Shown: positions 12,062 to 21,749 of the stretch, piece after piece
Position numbering within the stretch: the first letter of the stretch is position 1
Layout: every line of letters begins with the position of its first letter
Translations under genes and position numbers: made by a program
The notes under the pieces: generated by a model
What the model saw: only the letters and a program-made list of their open reading frames with translations
Databases searched by the model: none
What the model was told of the DNA's origin: nothing
Assembly (NCBI GenBank): GCA_035361425.1
Contig: DAOSCP010000002.1
Location: 65,410-129,409 of the forward strand
From: Ignavibacteriales bacterium
Lineage (GTDB): Bacteria; Bacteroidota; Ignavibacteria; Ignavibacteriales; DAOSCP01
Reading direction: 5' to 3'
Length of the DNA stretch: 64,000 bases

Positions 12062-13651
12062 ATGAGGCGATTTTCAAGTTATGGTCCTGTTGATAAAGAT
12101 ATCCATTATTATGTGCCAAGAACAGAATTATTGAACAAGATAAAGAGATATTTAATAGGCGAGGTAGAAGAAAAAGGAGGCCATTATGTAACTATATGGG
12201 CGCCAAGGCAAACGGGTAAAACCTGGTTATTACTTCAAATTTATTGGGAATTGAAAAATATTGAAAAATATTTCTGTGCAAAAATAGATTTACAGCATTT
12301 GAAGAAAGAAAGAGATACAATATATTGTATAAATTCAATAATCGATAAAATAAATGATATTACTGGGTTAAATTTAAATCGAGTAGCTAATTTAGCAGAG
12401 TTTCAGGAGGTATTCAGAAAAGAAAAAACAAATAGACCACTAATTCTAATACTAGATGAGTTTGATTCATTAGAAGAAGAAGTAATAAATGATTTAGTGA
12501 GTGTATTTAGAAATATATATTTAAATCGCAAGAGTGATTTGAAATCATCCTTTGAAAAAGATTACATGTTACACGGTTTAGCATTGATAGGTATAAGAAG
12601 TGCATTGGGAATAGAAAATCCGAGTGGGTCACCGTTTAATGTGCAAAAGAGTATTCATATACCGAATTTGACAAGAGAAGAAGTGTATGAAATGTATAGG
12701 TGGTATGAGCGGGAGAGTGGTCAAAAAGTAGGAGATGAAGTAATAGAACGAATTTATCACGCAACACAGGGGCAACCTGGGCTGGTAAGTTGGTTTGGAG
12801 AGCTATTGACAGATGAATACACTTTACCAAAAGAAGAACCTATAACAATGAAACATTTTAATTTCGTTTATAGTGAAGCATTAAGCATTCAACCAAATAA
12901 TAATATAATAAATTTGATAAGTAAAGCACAAAATCCAGAATATCGTCCATTTGTGTTATCAATGTTTAAGACAGATGAAAAAGTAACATTTGAATTAGAA
13001 GATCCAATATGCAGTTATTTATATATGAATGGGATAATAGGATATGAAAGGATAGGAGAACAAAAATATGCAAAATTTAGTTGTCAATTTGTACAAGAAA
13101 AACTATTTAGACGCTTTTCAAGGGAATTATTTTTTAATATTGGGAAGTTGTTGGTAGATCCATTTATAGAAATCGAAGAAATAGTAAATGAAAAAGGGAT
13201 AAATGTAGCCAAAATGATAGCATTATATGGAGAATACTTTAAGGCCAATAGGAATTGGATATTAGAAAGAGCAGAAAGAAGAAGTGACGGGAGAATTTAT
13301 GAAGCAATATATCATTTTAATTTATTTGCGTGGCTTCAGGAGTTTTTGAAAAGAAAAAGAGTTTATGTACAGCCAGAATTTCCAACAGGGAATGGAAAAA
13401 TAGATATATTATTATTTCATCCAAATAAAATTTATGGTTTAGAATTAAAAAGTTTTATGGATATATCGGAACTAAAAATATCCATTCAGCAAGCCGGAAG
13501 ATATGGTAGAAGTTTAGGATTAGAAGAAATATATTTAGTTGAGTTTATAGAAATAACAGTTCCAGAGCGCATAAAGAAAGAATATGAACAGCCGAAATTT
13601 GTGCAAGGAAGTAATATAAATGTAAAGGTTATTTTTGTAGAGGTAGTATAA
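12062..13651 (+). CDS. P-loop (AAA/STAND-like) ATPase with C-terminal PD-(D/E)xK nuclease-like domain
   Basis: Walker A APRQTGKTWLL and Walker B LILILDEFD. The C-terminal region reads EFPTGNGKIDILLF...IYGLELK, a D...E-x-K pattern. GAGGAG lies upstream of the ATG. Confidence 0.7.
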   Translation: MRRFSSYGPVDKDIHYYVPRTELLNKIKRYLIGEVEEKGGHYVTIWAPRQTGKTWLLLQIYWELKNIEKYFCAKIDLQHLKKERDTIYCINSIIDKINDITGLNLNRVANLAEFQEVFRKEKTNRPLILILDEFDSLEEEVINDLVSVFRNIYLNRKSDLKSSFEKDYMLHGLALIGIRSALGIENPSGSPFNVQKSIHIPNLTREEVYEMYRWYERESGQKVGDEVIERIYHATQGQPGLVSWFGELLTDEYTLPKEEPITMKHFNFVYSEALSIQPNNNIINLISKAQNPEYRPFVLSMFKTDEKVTFELEDPICSYLYMNGIIGYERIGEQKYAKFSCQFVQEKLFRRFSRELFFNIGKLLVDPFIEIEEIVNEKGINVAKMIALYGEYFKANRNWILERAERRSDGRIYEAIYHFNLFAWLQEFLKRKRVYVQPEFPTGNGKIDILLFHPNKIYGLELKSFMDISELKISIQQAGRYGRSLGLEEIYLVEFIEITVPERIKKEYEQPKFVQGSNINVKVIFVEVV

Positions 13652-13778
13652 GTTAGTAAGTTAATTTGGAAAATTATGGACAAATATATGTGGTTTAACA
13701 AATATTTTATTTTTCATTGTCATTATATGTATAAAGATTTCCTTCTATGAATCTGTCCATGTCTTTCAAATAATATCT

Positions 13779-13982
13779 TTATCTAATTTTGCCCTGGCTT
13801 TTTGCAATAGGACAAATAAAAACTTTTATGAGCTTTTGTTTTTTGTATTTTTGGATTGTTTGTGGCGAATATCCAAGTAGTTTTGCTGCTTGTTGAAGAG
13901 TGAGCAATATTCTTTCCACTATATTCCTATAAATTTTTTTAATAAATAAATTTTTGTTATAAAAATTAAAAAATATATTCAA
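13779..13982 (-). CDS. Small helix-turn-helix protein (excisionase/MerR-like HTH), uncertain
   Basis: A 67-aa ORF containing LTLQQAAKLLGYSPQTIQKYKKQKLI, a typical Xis/HTH_17-like pattern. It sits next to a tRNA gene. It is short, AT-rich and has no obvious RBS. Confidence 0.3.
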   Translation of the reverse strand: MNIFFNFYNKNLFIKKIYRNIVERILLTLQQAAKLLGYSPQTIQKYKKQKLIKVFICPIAKSQGKIR

Positions 13983-14263
13983 TTTTTATCATCATTTTGA
14001 TTTATAAAAAAAAGAATATTAAAGTTTTAAAATAAAAATATTCATATAATATTAATATTAGAAAAACTAAAATTTCACATTAGATTAACATAATGTGCGT
14101 GTATAATGTGATAACATCTGTAATATCATGACTATAAAAATTACAAAACATCATTTTTTATAAAATATGGGAGATTTATAAAAAGTTTGATAATAATATT
14201 ACAAATGTAATTGGGGGAGATAATAAAAAAGGCTTTTGAAATGTATTCTAAAGCATTTTTTTG

Positions 14264-14336
14264 TGCAACTTGGGGGACTCGAACCCCCGACCCACTGATT
14301 AAGAGTCAGTTGCTCTACCAACTGAGCTAAAGTTGC
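14264..14336 (-). tRNA. tRNA-Lys (anticodon CUU)
   Basis: The reverse complement folds as a 73-nt cloverleaf. Acceptor GCAACTT/AAGTTGC, D stem GCTC/GAGC, anticodon stem ACTGA/TCAGT with loop CTCTTAA, T stem GGGGG/CCCCC with loop TTCGAGT, discriminator A. CCA is not encoded. Confidence 0.92.
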
Positions 14337-14382
14337 GTTACAAAAATAAAAAAATATCTTAAAAATTCCAAATTTTCAATAA

Positions 14383-14410
14383 AAAAAGGCACTTTTTAGT
14401 GCCTTTTTTA
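14383..14410 (-). terminator. Rho-independent (bidirectional-looking) terminator downstream of wecB
   Basis: Hairpin AAAAAGGCAC-TTTTTA-GTGCCTTTTT flanked by an A-run and a T-run, 18 nt past the wecB stop codon. Confidence 0.55.
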
Positions 14411-14427
14411 TGAATTTATTTCAAATT

Positions 14428-15540
14428 TTATAAATTTTCCTCAATTATCTTAAATATCCTTTCGCAGGCTTTACCATCGCCATATGGATTAATTGCTCTA
14501 GCCATTTTTTCATATTCTTCAGTATTATCAAGTAAAAACGAGGCTTCTTTTATGATTTTTTCAACATCGGTGCCTACCAATTTTACAGTTCCTGCATCAA
14601 CTGCTTCTGGTCTTTCGGTATTTTCTCGCATTACCAATACTGGTTTACCTAAACTTGGTGCTTCTTCCTGAACGCCGCCAGAATCTGTTAATATAATGTG
14701 TGCTCTTAACATTAATTTAATGAAAGGTAAATATGTTTGTGGTTCAATTAGTATAATATTAGGAGTGTTTCCTAATATTTCATAAACTGGTTTTTGGACA
14801 TTTGGGTTTAAATGAACAGGATAAATGAAATAATGGTCTTTATATTTATCAGCTAAAGATTTAATTGCTTTGCAGATATTCTGGAAACCTTCGCCAAAAT
14901 TTTCTCTTCTATGGCCAGTTATTAGCACTACTTTGTTGTTTCCATTTAGAATTTCATCTGGTAAGCCATCAATATGGGTAATTTTGCTAGCTTTATCTTT
15001 AACTAAAAAAAGTGCATCAATAACAGTGTTACCAGTTATATAAATGGAAGATTTTTCTACTCCTTCTTTTACAAGATTATCATATGATTTTTGTGTTGGT
15101 GCTAGATGATAATCTGCAAGTTTGGATGTTAAAACTCTGTTAATTTCTTCCGGGAAAGGAGAAAATTTGTTGTTAGTTCTAAGTCCAGCTTCGACATGTG
15201 CTATTTTTATTTTATGATAAAATGCTACTAATGACGCAGCAAATACAGTTGTTGTATCTCCTTGTACAAAAATTAGATCTGGTTTATTGTTAATAAAATA
15301 TTCATCAAGAGCACTAATTGCATTAGATGTTAATAAAGATAGAGATTGATTTGGTTTCATTAAATTCAAATCAACATCTGGTTTGATATCAAAAATTTCA
15401 AGAACTTGATCAAGCATTTGTCTATGTTGTGCAGTAACACAAACTTCTATTTTATGAGAAGATTTTTCTTTAAAGTATAAAATTAACGGGGCCAATTTAA
15501 TAGCTTCTGGTCGAGTACCGAATATAAAACTAAGTTTCAT
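14428..15540 (-). CDS. wecB: UDP-N-acetylglucosamine 2-epimerase (non-hydrolysing)
   Basis: FGTRPEAIKLAP, VQGDTTT, HVEAGLRT, and DSGGVQEEAPSLGKPVLVMRENTERPE. Length is 370 aa. Confidence 0.9.
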   Translation of the reverse strand: MKLSFIFGTRPEAIKLAPLILYFKEKSSHKIEVCVTAQHRQMLDQVLEIFDIKPDVDLNLMKPNQSLSLLTSNAISALDEYFINNKPDLIFVQGDTTTVFAASLVAFYHKIKIAHVEAGLRTNNKFSPFPEEINRVLTSKLADYHLAPTQKSYDNLVKEGVEKSSIYITGNTVIDALFLVKDKASKITHIDGLPDEILNGNNKVVLITGHRRENFGEGFQNICKAIKSLADKYKDHYFIYPVHLNPNVQKPVYEILGNTPNIILIEPQTYLPFIKLMLRAHIILTDSGGVQEEAPSLGKPVLVMRENTERPEAVDAGTVKLVGTDVEKIIKEASFLLDNTEEYEKMARAINPYGDGKACERIFKIIEENL

Positions 15541-15543
15541 AGA

Positions 15544-16716
15544 TTATCCTATTTTATTAAAAAATTCTTTTATTTTTTCAACTACATAAAAAATTTCCTC
15601 ATTTTTAAGACCTGGATAAATTGGTAACGCAAGTGTTTGTTTTGCAAGTAAGTTTGAAACTTGAAAATTATTATCACTTAAATTCAAATATTCGAAACAT
15701 TTTTGTTTATGCAATGGAAGAGGGTAATAAATTTCAGTTCCTATGCCATTATCAGCAAGGAAAGATTTTAATTCATCTCTTTTATTTTCAATTCTAATTA
15801 CATACTGGTTGTATGTGTGGGTGTATTTAATATTATTTTTATTATGAAAATCCAATGGAAGAATAACTTTGTTATTTTCACTAAAATTAATATCATTTGC
15901 TATAGATAATTTATTATCTATAAATAATTTTGTATAAAGGTTAGCAATTCTGTTTCTTTCATCAAGCCATCCATTAACGCCTTTTAATTTAATATTTAAG
16001 ATGCAAGCCTGCAGAGCATCTAATCTAAAATTGCCAGAAATTAAATCGTGATAGTATCTTCTATCGGAACCGTGAACTCTTAACATGAGTAATTTTTTGT
16101 AGAGTTGTTCATCATTTGTAGTAACCATGCCACCATCTCCAAAACCACCTAAATTTTTGCTTGGGTAGAATGAAAAAGCACCAATATGACCTATCGTACC
16201 AAGAAATCTACTATTAGAATCTTTTGCCCCAAAAGCTTGGGCAACATCTTCTATCACATACAAATTATTTTCTTTTGCTATTTCCATAATTGCATCAATA
16301 TTAGCAGTTTGACCGTATAAATGTACAGGTATAATTGCTTTTGTTTTTGGGGTGATTTTCTTTTTGATATCTTCAATCGAAATGTTGAAATCGTGAATAT
16401 CAATATCTACAAAAACTGGTACAGCTCCAATTCGTGAAATACCATTTGCTGTTGCTATAAAAGTATAATCTGGAACAATTACTTCGTCGCCAGGTTTAAT
16501 ATCTAAGGCCATCAAAGCTATTAACAAAGCATCTGTTCCAGATGTAACTCCTATTGCATATTTTACATTTAAGTAATTTTGAATATTTTGTTCGAATTCA
16601 CTAACATATTTACCAAGTATAAATTGGTGACTTTCAAGCACTTCTAAAACTTTATTATCAATTTCTTCTTTAAATTGATAATACTGAGGTTTCAGATTAA
16701 GAAATTGAACATTCAT
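15544..16716 (-). CDS. DegT/DnrJ/EryC1/StrS-family PLP-dependent sugar aminotransferase
   Basis: GVTSGTDAL, PVHLYGQ, and SFYPSKNLG (the PLP-lysine motif). It lies 3 nt upstream of wecB in the same operon. Confidence 0.9.
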   Translation of the reverse strand: MNVQFLNLKPQYYQFKEEIDNKVLEVLESHQFILGKYVSEFEQNIQNYLNVKYAIGVTSGTDALLIALMALDIKPGDEVIVPDYTFIATANGISRIGAVPVFVDIDIHDFNISIEDIKKKITPKTKAIIPVHLYGQTANIDAIMEIAKENNLYVIEDVAQAFGAKDSNSRFLGTIGHIGAFSFYPSKNLGGFGDGGMVTTNDEQLYKKLLMLRVHGSDRRYYHDLISGNFRLDALQACILNIKLKGVNGWLDERNRIANLYTKLFIDNKLSIANDINFSENNKVILPLDFHNKNNIKYTHTYNQYVIRIENKRDELKSFLADNGIGTEIYYPLPLHKQKCFEYLNLSDNNFQVSNLLAKQTLALPIYPGLKNEEIFYVVEKIKEFFNKIG

Positions 16717-16964
16717 TTTTTATCCTATTTTTTATTATTATGTTTTACAAAATTAGCAATTATTTTAATAATAAAAAAATATTATAGCTTTACAACTAGA
16801 AAGCTTAAATTTGAAAAACATATACAATAAATATATAAAAATATATTAATAAAATTTAAATAATGGAGATTAATATGAATGAGAAAAAATTAAAAAATTT
16901 GAAAAAAAGTAATTTTTTATTATATTTATCATAAAATTTTATAAAACTGAAATGGTAATGCTTT

Positions 16965-18650
16965 ATGGTTATTAAAGAAATTCAGCAAATTGAGAATTCC
17001 ATTAACGAAATAATTAATTTATCTGAAAAAATCTTTGTTAATTTTACTGAAATTATACAAAGATTAGTTAATGATATTAAGGAATTTTTATTAAATGTTT
17101 CAACATTACAAGAACAATTCGGTTCTCAAAATTATCCAGTAATACTATCACAATTAAATGAAAATTTTTCTCGTGTAATAACCTTTTATGAACAATTAAA
17201 TACTTCATCAAATCAAGATACTGAAAATATTAAATTTATATCAGAAGAAATTAGAAAGACCGGAGATTTACTTATTCAATTCAAATCTATTGTTAAATCA
17301 TTAAAAATGTTAGGCATTGCTACCAGAATTGAAAGTTCAAGGTTAACAGACGAAAGCGGTGGTTTTAATGCATTGGCCGATAATGTTGAAAGTTTATCCA
17401 CTTATATAGAACAAAAATCACAAAATATATTAGAAAAAACTAAGCATTTAGGGGAAATATTTACCAGTTCTTTGAGTATTATTAGTCAAACTATTAAAAA
17501 TAATAACGAAACAATTGAGAATATAAAAAACCAAAAACTTATCATCACTAAAGAAATTAATACTGCTATTTCTGAAGATCAAAGGGATTTTGAAGAACTT
17601 AATCACTTATATAGTCAATTGAAGAATAAAATTAATCAAATTGTTGTTCATATTCAGTTTCAAGATATTACTAAACAAAGATTTGAGCATATCATTCATT
17701 CTTTACAAGATATTAAAAGTGAAGAAAATTATACTCAGGTTTACAAAACCATTGAATTACAGTTAGAACAATTATATGACATTCAACAAATAATTGAGAA
17801 AGCGTTCAATTCAGTCTTAGAAGAATTGAAAAATATTTATAATTTAATCGAAAATATCTTTAAAATTCTTGATAATTTTGAAACTGTTGATGATAATGAG
17901 CCAGACAAAAAAAATATATTTGAATATATTAAAGAAATTGTTAATCAAGTCAATCAAGCTTTTTCTAAAGGATCTGAAGAGAGTAGAGAACTCAGTTACA
18001 TTATTACAAATATTATTGAAAATATAAATGAATTAAACAAATTTATTCAACAAATAGAAGATACAGGTGAAGAAATTGAATTGATTGCATTAAATGCACG
18101 AGTAAAAGCTGCAAGAGTTGGAAGCAATGGTGCTTCATTGGGTGTTATTTCCGAAGAAGTACAAAAACTCTCAGTTGATGCTAGAAACAGAATCAATATA
18201 GTTTCTCAAATATTACAAGATGTTAACAATACAACAGAAACATTAAAAGAAATTGTTAGTGAAGCCGCTCTGCAGGAAAACATGGCGATAATAATGAATA
18301 TTCTAAATGAAATCAGTAATAATATTCAATCAATTGAAAGCATTAAAACTGTTTTTGATGAAAATTTAAAATACAATAAAAAAATGTTAAGTAATATTTA
18401 TCTTTTTTTGAAACAACAACTAATTGGCTATAATAAACATATCGAAATTAAAACAAAAATATCATCTCTTATATCAATTCTTAATAATTTTATGAATAGT
18501 ATTTCTAATCAAATAAATCCTTCTGAAAAAGTTGAGCTAGATAGACATTTGAAAAAATATACCATGCACACAGAAAGAAAAATATTCGGAAAAGTCACTG
18601 GAGAAAAAATAGCTGAAAATGATTTAGATAGTAATATAGAATTATTCTAA
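16965..18650 (+). CDS. Soluble MCP-like coiled-coil protein with a divergent signalling-tip motif
   Basis: 561 aa with no hydrophobic TM segment visible. It contains EEIELIALNARVKAARVGSNGASLGVISEEVQKLSVDARN, which resembles but departs from the canonical MCP hairpin (compare [34 protein letters not shown] in the MCP at 21750). It is the first gene of the che cluster. Confidence 0.6.
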   Translation: MVIKEIQQIENSINEIINLSEKIFVNFTEIIQRLVNDIKEFLLNVSTLQEQFGSQNYPVILSQLNENFSRVITFYEQLNTSSNQDTENIKFISEEIRKTGDLLIQFKSIVKSLKMLGIATRIESSRLTDESGGFNALADNVESLSTYIEQKSQNILEKTKHLGEIFTSSLSIISQTIKNNNETIENIKNQKLIITKEINTAISEDQRDFEELNHLYSQLKNKINQIVVHIQFQDITKQRFEHIIHSLQDIKSEENYTQVYKTIELQLEQLYDIQQIIEKAFNSVLEELKNIYNLIENIFKILDNFETVDDNEPDKKNIFEYIKEIVNQVNQAFSKGSEESRELSYIITNIIENINELNKFIQQIEDTGEEIELIALNARVKAARVGSNGASLGVISEEVQKLSVDARNRINIVSQILQDVNNTTETLKEIVSEAALQENMAIIMNILNEISNNIQSIESIKTVFDENLKYNKKMLSNIYLFLKQQLIGYNKHIEIKTKISSLISILNNFMNSISNQINPSEKVELDRHLKKYTMHTERKIFGKVTGEKIAENDLDSNIELF

Positions 18651-18676
18651 GTAATTTTATTAAAATTGGGGGTTTT

Positions 18677-18979
18677 ATGTTTGATATAAATCATATTAAT
18701 TCAAATAAAAATCTTATTATTACTATTACTGGTGATGTATCAATATATTTTATACAGGAAATTAAGCAAAAACTTCCCAATCCTACCACAACTACAATAT
18801 TAGATTTACAAAATGTTTCTAACTATGATTTTTCTTTTCTTCAGCTTATTGCTTATTATATAAAAATTCTTCAAAATTTAGGTTGCAATTACACTATAAA
18901 ATCAAATAAAAAATTGAAAATAGATTTTAATAAATTATTTCCTGAATTAGAAAATATTGAAGAGGTTGGCGATGAGTAA
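18677..18979 (+). CDS. STAS-domain protein (anti-sigma-factor-antagonist-like)
   Basis: 100 aa with the pattern LIITITGDVSIYFIQEIKQKL...ILDLQNVSNYDFSFLQLIAYY. A GGGGG RBS lies upstream. Confidence 0.5.
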   Translation: MFDINHINSNKNLIITITGDVSIYFIQEIKQKLPNPTTTTILDLQNVSNYDFSFLQLIAYYIKILQNLGCNYTIKSNKKLKIDFNKLFPELENIEEVGDE

Positions 18980-19322
18980 AAAGATTTTATCCGTTGATGA
19001 TTCAGTAAGCATTAGGCAAATGGTATCATTTACTTTATCCGAAGCAGGTTTTCAAGTTGATGTTGCCAAGGATGGCATTGAAGCGTTAGAAAAAGCTAAA
19101 GCCGATAAATATGATTTGTTTCTTACCGATTTAAATATGCCTAATATGGATGGTATAACACTTATCAAAAAATTAAGAAGTGATCCTAAATATAAATTTA
19201 CTCCTATTTTGATGCTTACAACCGAATCCCAAGAAACTAAAAAAATGGAAGGTAAAGCAGCCGGTGCCACAGGCTGGATTGTAAAACCTTTTACCCCAGA
19301 GCAATTAATCGCTGTTATTTAA
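18972..19322 (+). CDS. cheY: Chemotaxis response regulator CheY
   Basis: ILSVDDS, DLFLTDLNMPNMDG, LMLTTE and GWIVKPF. The ATG at 18972 is preceded by GAGG; the ORF track's upstream start at 18957 is less likely. Confidence 0.9.
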   Translation: MSKKILSVDDSVSIRQMVSFTLSEAGFQVDVAKDGIEALEKAKADKYDLFLTDLNMPNMDGITLIKKLRSDPKYKFTPILMLTTESQETKKMEGKAAGATGWIVKPFTPEQLIAVI

Positions 19323-19353
19323 AAAGTTCTTCCATAATATAAGGGAAGATGTT

Positions 19354-21456
19354 ATGAACGATAATTTAAAATCTCTTTTTTTTGAAGAAGCAAAAGAACT
19401 ATTATCTGAACTTGAGAGTGTATTATTGCAGCTCGAAAAAAACAGTGAAGATAATGAACTTATTGACAGGGCTTTTAGAGCTTTACATACTTTAAAAGGC
19501 TCGGGTGGAATGTTTGGCTTTAATGAAATTTCTATGTTTGTCCATAAAATTGAAGCTGTTTACGATAAGATTAGATCAAAAGAACTTAGCATTAACCAGG
19601 ATATCATAAGAGATACTTTAAGATCTCTTGATATTATAACATATATGCTTGAAGTTCCTACCGAAAAACACTCCCAGGATATTGCAGATGCTGTTTTGGA
19701 TATTACTACTAAATTTAATTCGTATTGTAATCTTGCTGAAGAAAAATCAATTGAAGAACAAGTTACTAAACCGGTACAAGTTGAAAAAGAAAAAACATAC
19801 AAAATTAAATTCAAGCCTAATGATTATTTGATGTTGCATGGGCATAATATATTATCTTTAATCAACGAGATAGTTGCATTAGGAAAAACAATTGTTGTTA
19901 CGAAATTTCACACAATTCCTGATTTTGATGAATATAACCCAGAATTATTATATACTGAATGGTTAATTTTATTAAGCACAGATGCTGCTATTGATGTAAT
20001 TAAAGATATTTTTATATTTGTTGAATCTGATGCAGAGTTAAGAATAAAGAAATTATCAGATGAAAATTTATTAAACAATGATTTGATTATTCAAGTCTTA
20101 ACACAACATTTGCTGGAAAATAATGATATTACAGCAAAAGATATTGAAAAAATCAATCAACAGTTGAATATTAGTATATCCGAAAATAAAGAACTTAAAG
20201 AAAAAATTATTGCTGAAAAAAAAGTTGATTTATCTAAATCGATTGAACAAAAAGTAAGTAGTATAAGAGTTCCTGCAGAGAAATTAGATCATCTTGTTAA
20301 TATTGTTGGTGAATTGGTAACTATGCAGGCAAGAATTAACCAAATTTCTCAAACATTACAAAATAGTGAATTAACAAGTATTTCAGAAGAAGCAGAAAGG
20401 CTAATTTGGGATTTACGTGATATAGCAATGAATATTAGAATGTTGCCTATAGGAGCAACTTTTTCAAGATTCAAGAGGTTAGTATTTGATCTTTCAAAAG
20501 ATTTGGGTAAAGAGGTTGAACTTGTTTTAGAAGGTGAAGAAACTGAGCTTGATAAAACTGTTATTGAAAAGTTAAATGATCCTTTATTACATTTAATAAG
20601 AAATAGTATTGACCATGGAATTGAATTACCTGAAGAAAGAGAAAGTAAGGGTAAACCAAGAAAAGGTTTGATAAAACTTTCTGCTAAACAAATGGGCAAT
20701 GAGGTTATAATAGAAGTCTTTGATGATGGGAAAGGATTAAATAAAAATAAAATTCTTAATACAGCTTTAGAAAAAGGCTTAATACAATCTTCAAGTGAAT
20801 TAACTGAAAATGAAATATATCAGCTTATTTTTTTACCAGGTTTTTCAACAGCAGAAAAAGTTACGAATGTTTCCGGAAGAGGTGTTGGAATGGATGTTGT
20901 AAAAACATCTATTGAACAATTACGAGGTAGTGTAAAAATTGATAGTATTGAGGGCGAAGGAACTAAAATTCAAATAATTCTTCCTTTAACACTTGCTATA
21001 ATTGATGGTTTGTTGGTAAAAATTTCAGATGACATTTATGTAATTCCACTATCAAACGTTGAAGAATGTATTGAACTAACCAAAGAAGACATAGAAAAGT
21101 TTAATAATAAAAATATTGTAAATGTTAGAGGAGAATTAATACCATATATAAGATTAAGTGAGTTTTTGGGATATTGCTATCAGCGGCTTGATATTGAGCA
21201 AGTAGTGATTCTAAGATTGGGCGAAAATAGAATAGGTTTATGTGTAGATTATGTGATAGGTGACCACCAAACAGTAATAAAAACATTGAGCAAAATATAT
21301 AAAAATGTTCAAGGAATTAGTGGTGCTACTATATTAGGTGATGGAAGCATAGCACTAATACTTGATGTTAATAAAATTTTTGCTATCGTTGAAAAAGAAG
21401 AAGCTGAAAGAATTGAAGAATTAAATAAAATAAACTTTAATCAGGAGGAATTATGA
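19354..21456 (+). CDS. cheA: Chemotaxis histidine kinase CheA
   Basis: Hpt motif HTLKGSGGMFG, N-box DPLLHLIRNSIDHGIE, G1 FDDGKGLN, G2 SGRGVGMDVV and a C-terminal CheW-like domain. Its stop overlaps the next start (ATGA). Confidence 0.95.
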   Translation: MNDNLKSLFFEEAKELLSELESVLLQLEKNSEDNELIDRAFRALHTLKGSGGMFGFNEISMFVHKIEAVYDKIRSKELSINQDIIRDTLRSLDIITYMLEVPTEKHSQDIADAVLDITTKFNSYCNLAEEKSIEEQVTKPVQVEKEKTYKIKFKPNDYLMLHGHNILSLINEIVALGKTIVVTKFHTIPDFDEYNPELLYTEWLILLSTDAAIDVIKDIFIFVESDAELRIKKLSDENLLNNDLIIQVLTQHLLENNDITAKDIEKINQQLNISISENKELKEKIIAEKKVDLSKSIEQKVSSIRVPAEKLDHLVNIVGELVTMQARINQISQTLQNSELTSISEEAERLIWDLRDIAMNIRMLPIGATFSRFKRLVFDLSKDLGKEVELVLEGEETELDKTVIEKLNDPLLHLIRNSIDHGIELPEERESKGKPRKGLIKLSAKQMGNEVIIEVFDDGKGLNKNKILNTALEKGLIQSSSELTENEIYQLIFLPGFSTAEKVTNVSGRGVGMDVVKTSIEQLRGSVKIDSIEGEGTKIQIILPLTLAIIDGLLVKISDDIYVIPLSNVEECIELTKEDIEKFNNKNIVNVRGELIPYIRLSEFLGYCYQRLDIEQVVILRLGENRIGLCVDYVIGDHQTVIKTLSKIYKNVQGISGATILGDGSIALILDVNKIFAIVEKEEAERIEELNKINFNQEEL

Positions 21457-21710
21457 ACTGGTTTAAGAATTTAAAAATTCTTAGCAAGCTTTTAATATCT
21501 TTTGTTATTATTGCTTTAATAAGTGTAGCAATAGGCTATATTGGTATTTCGAATATTAAATATTTACAGGAAAAAGATAAGTTTATGTATGATAATCCGG
21601 TATTAGCAATGCGTTATTTAGGGGAAGCTAATATAAGATTACAACAAGCAAGAGTTAATGTTTTTCTTGAAATATTAGCCAATACACCTGATAAAATTGC
21701 TGAATTTTAA
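21453..21710 (+). CDS. Methyl-accepting chemotaxis protein, N-terminal fragment (TM1 + start of the 4-helix-bundle sensor), ended by an in-frame TAA
   Basis: TM1 is LLISFVIIALISVAIGYIGI. It is in the same reading frame as 21750-23858. The 13 codons between them ([13 protein letters not shown]) read through cleanly. Confidence 0.7.
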   Translation: MNWFKNLKILSKLLISFVIIALISVAIGYIGISNIKYLQEKDKFMYDNPVLAMRYLGEANIRLQQARVNVFLEILANTPDKIAEF

Positions 21711-21749
21711 AAAATAAGAGAGGGACATACTGCAGTAATTGGTGAAGTT

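Noticed and set aside
21708-21710. Programmed recoding (stop-codon reassignment, selenocysteine or pyrrolysine) at the in-frame stop in the MCP
   Set aside because: The codon is TAA, which is not used for Sec (TGA) or Pyl (TAG). TAA clearly terminates many other genes in this window, and no SECIS-like hairpin is obvious downstream. A nonsense mutation or a base-call error is more parsimonious.
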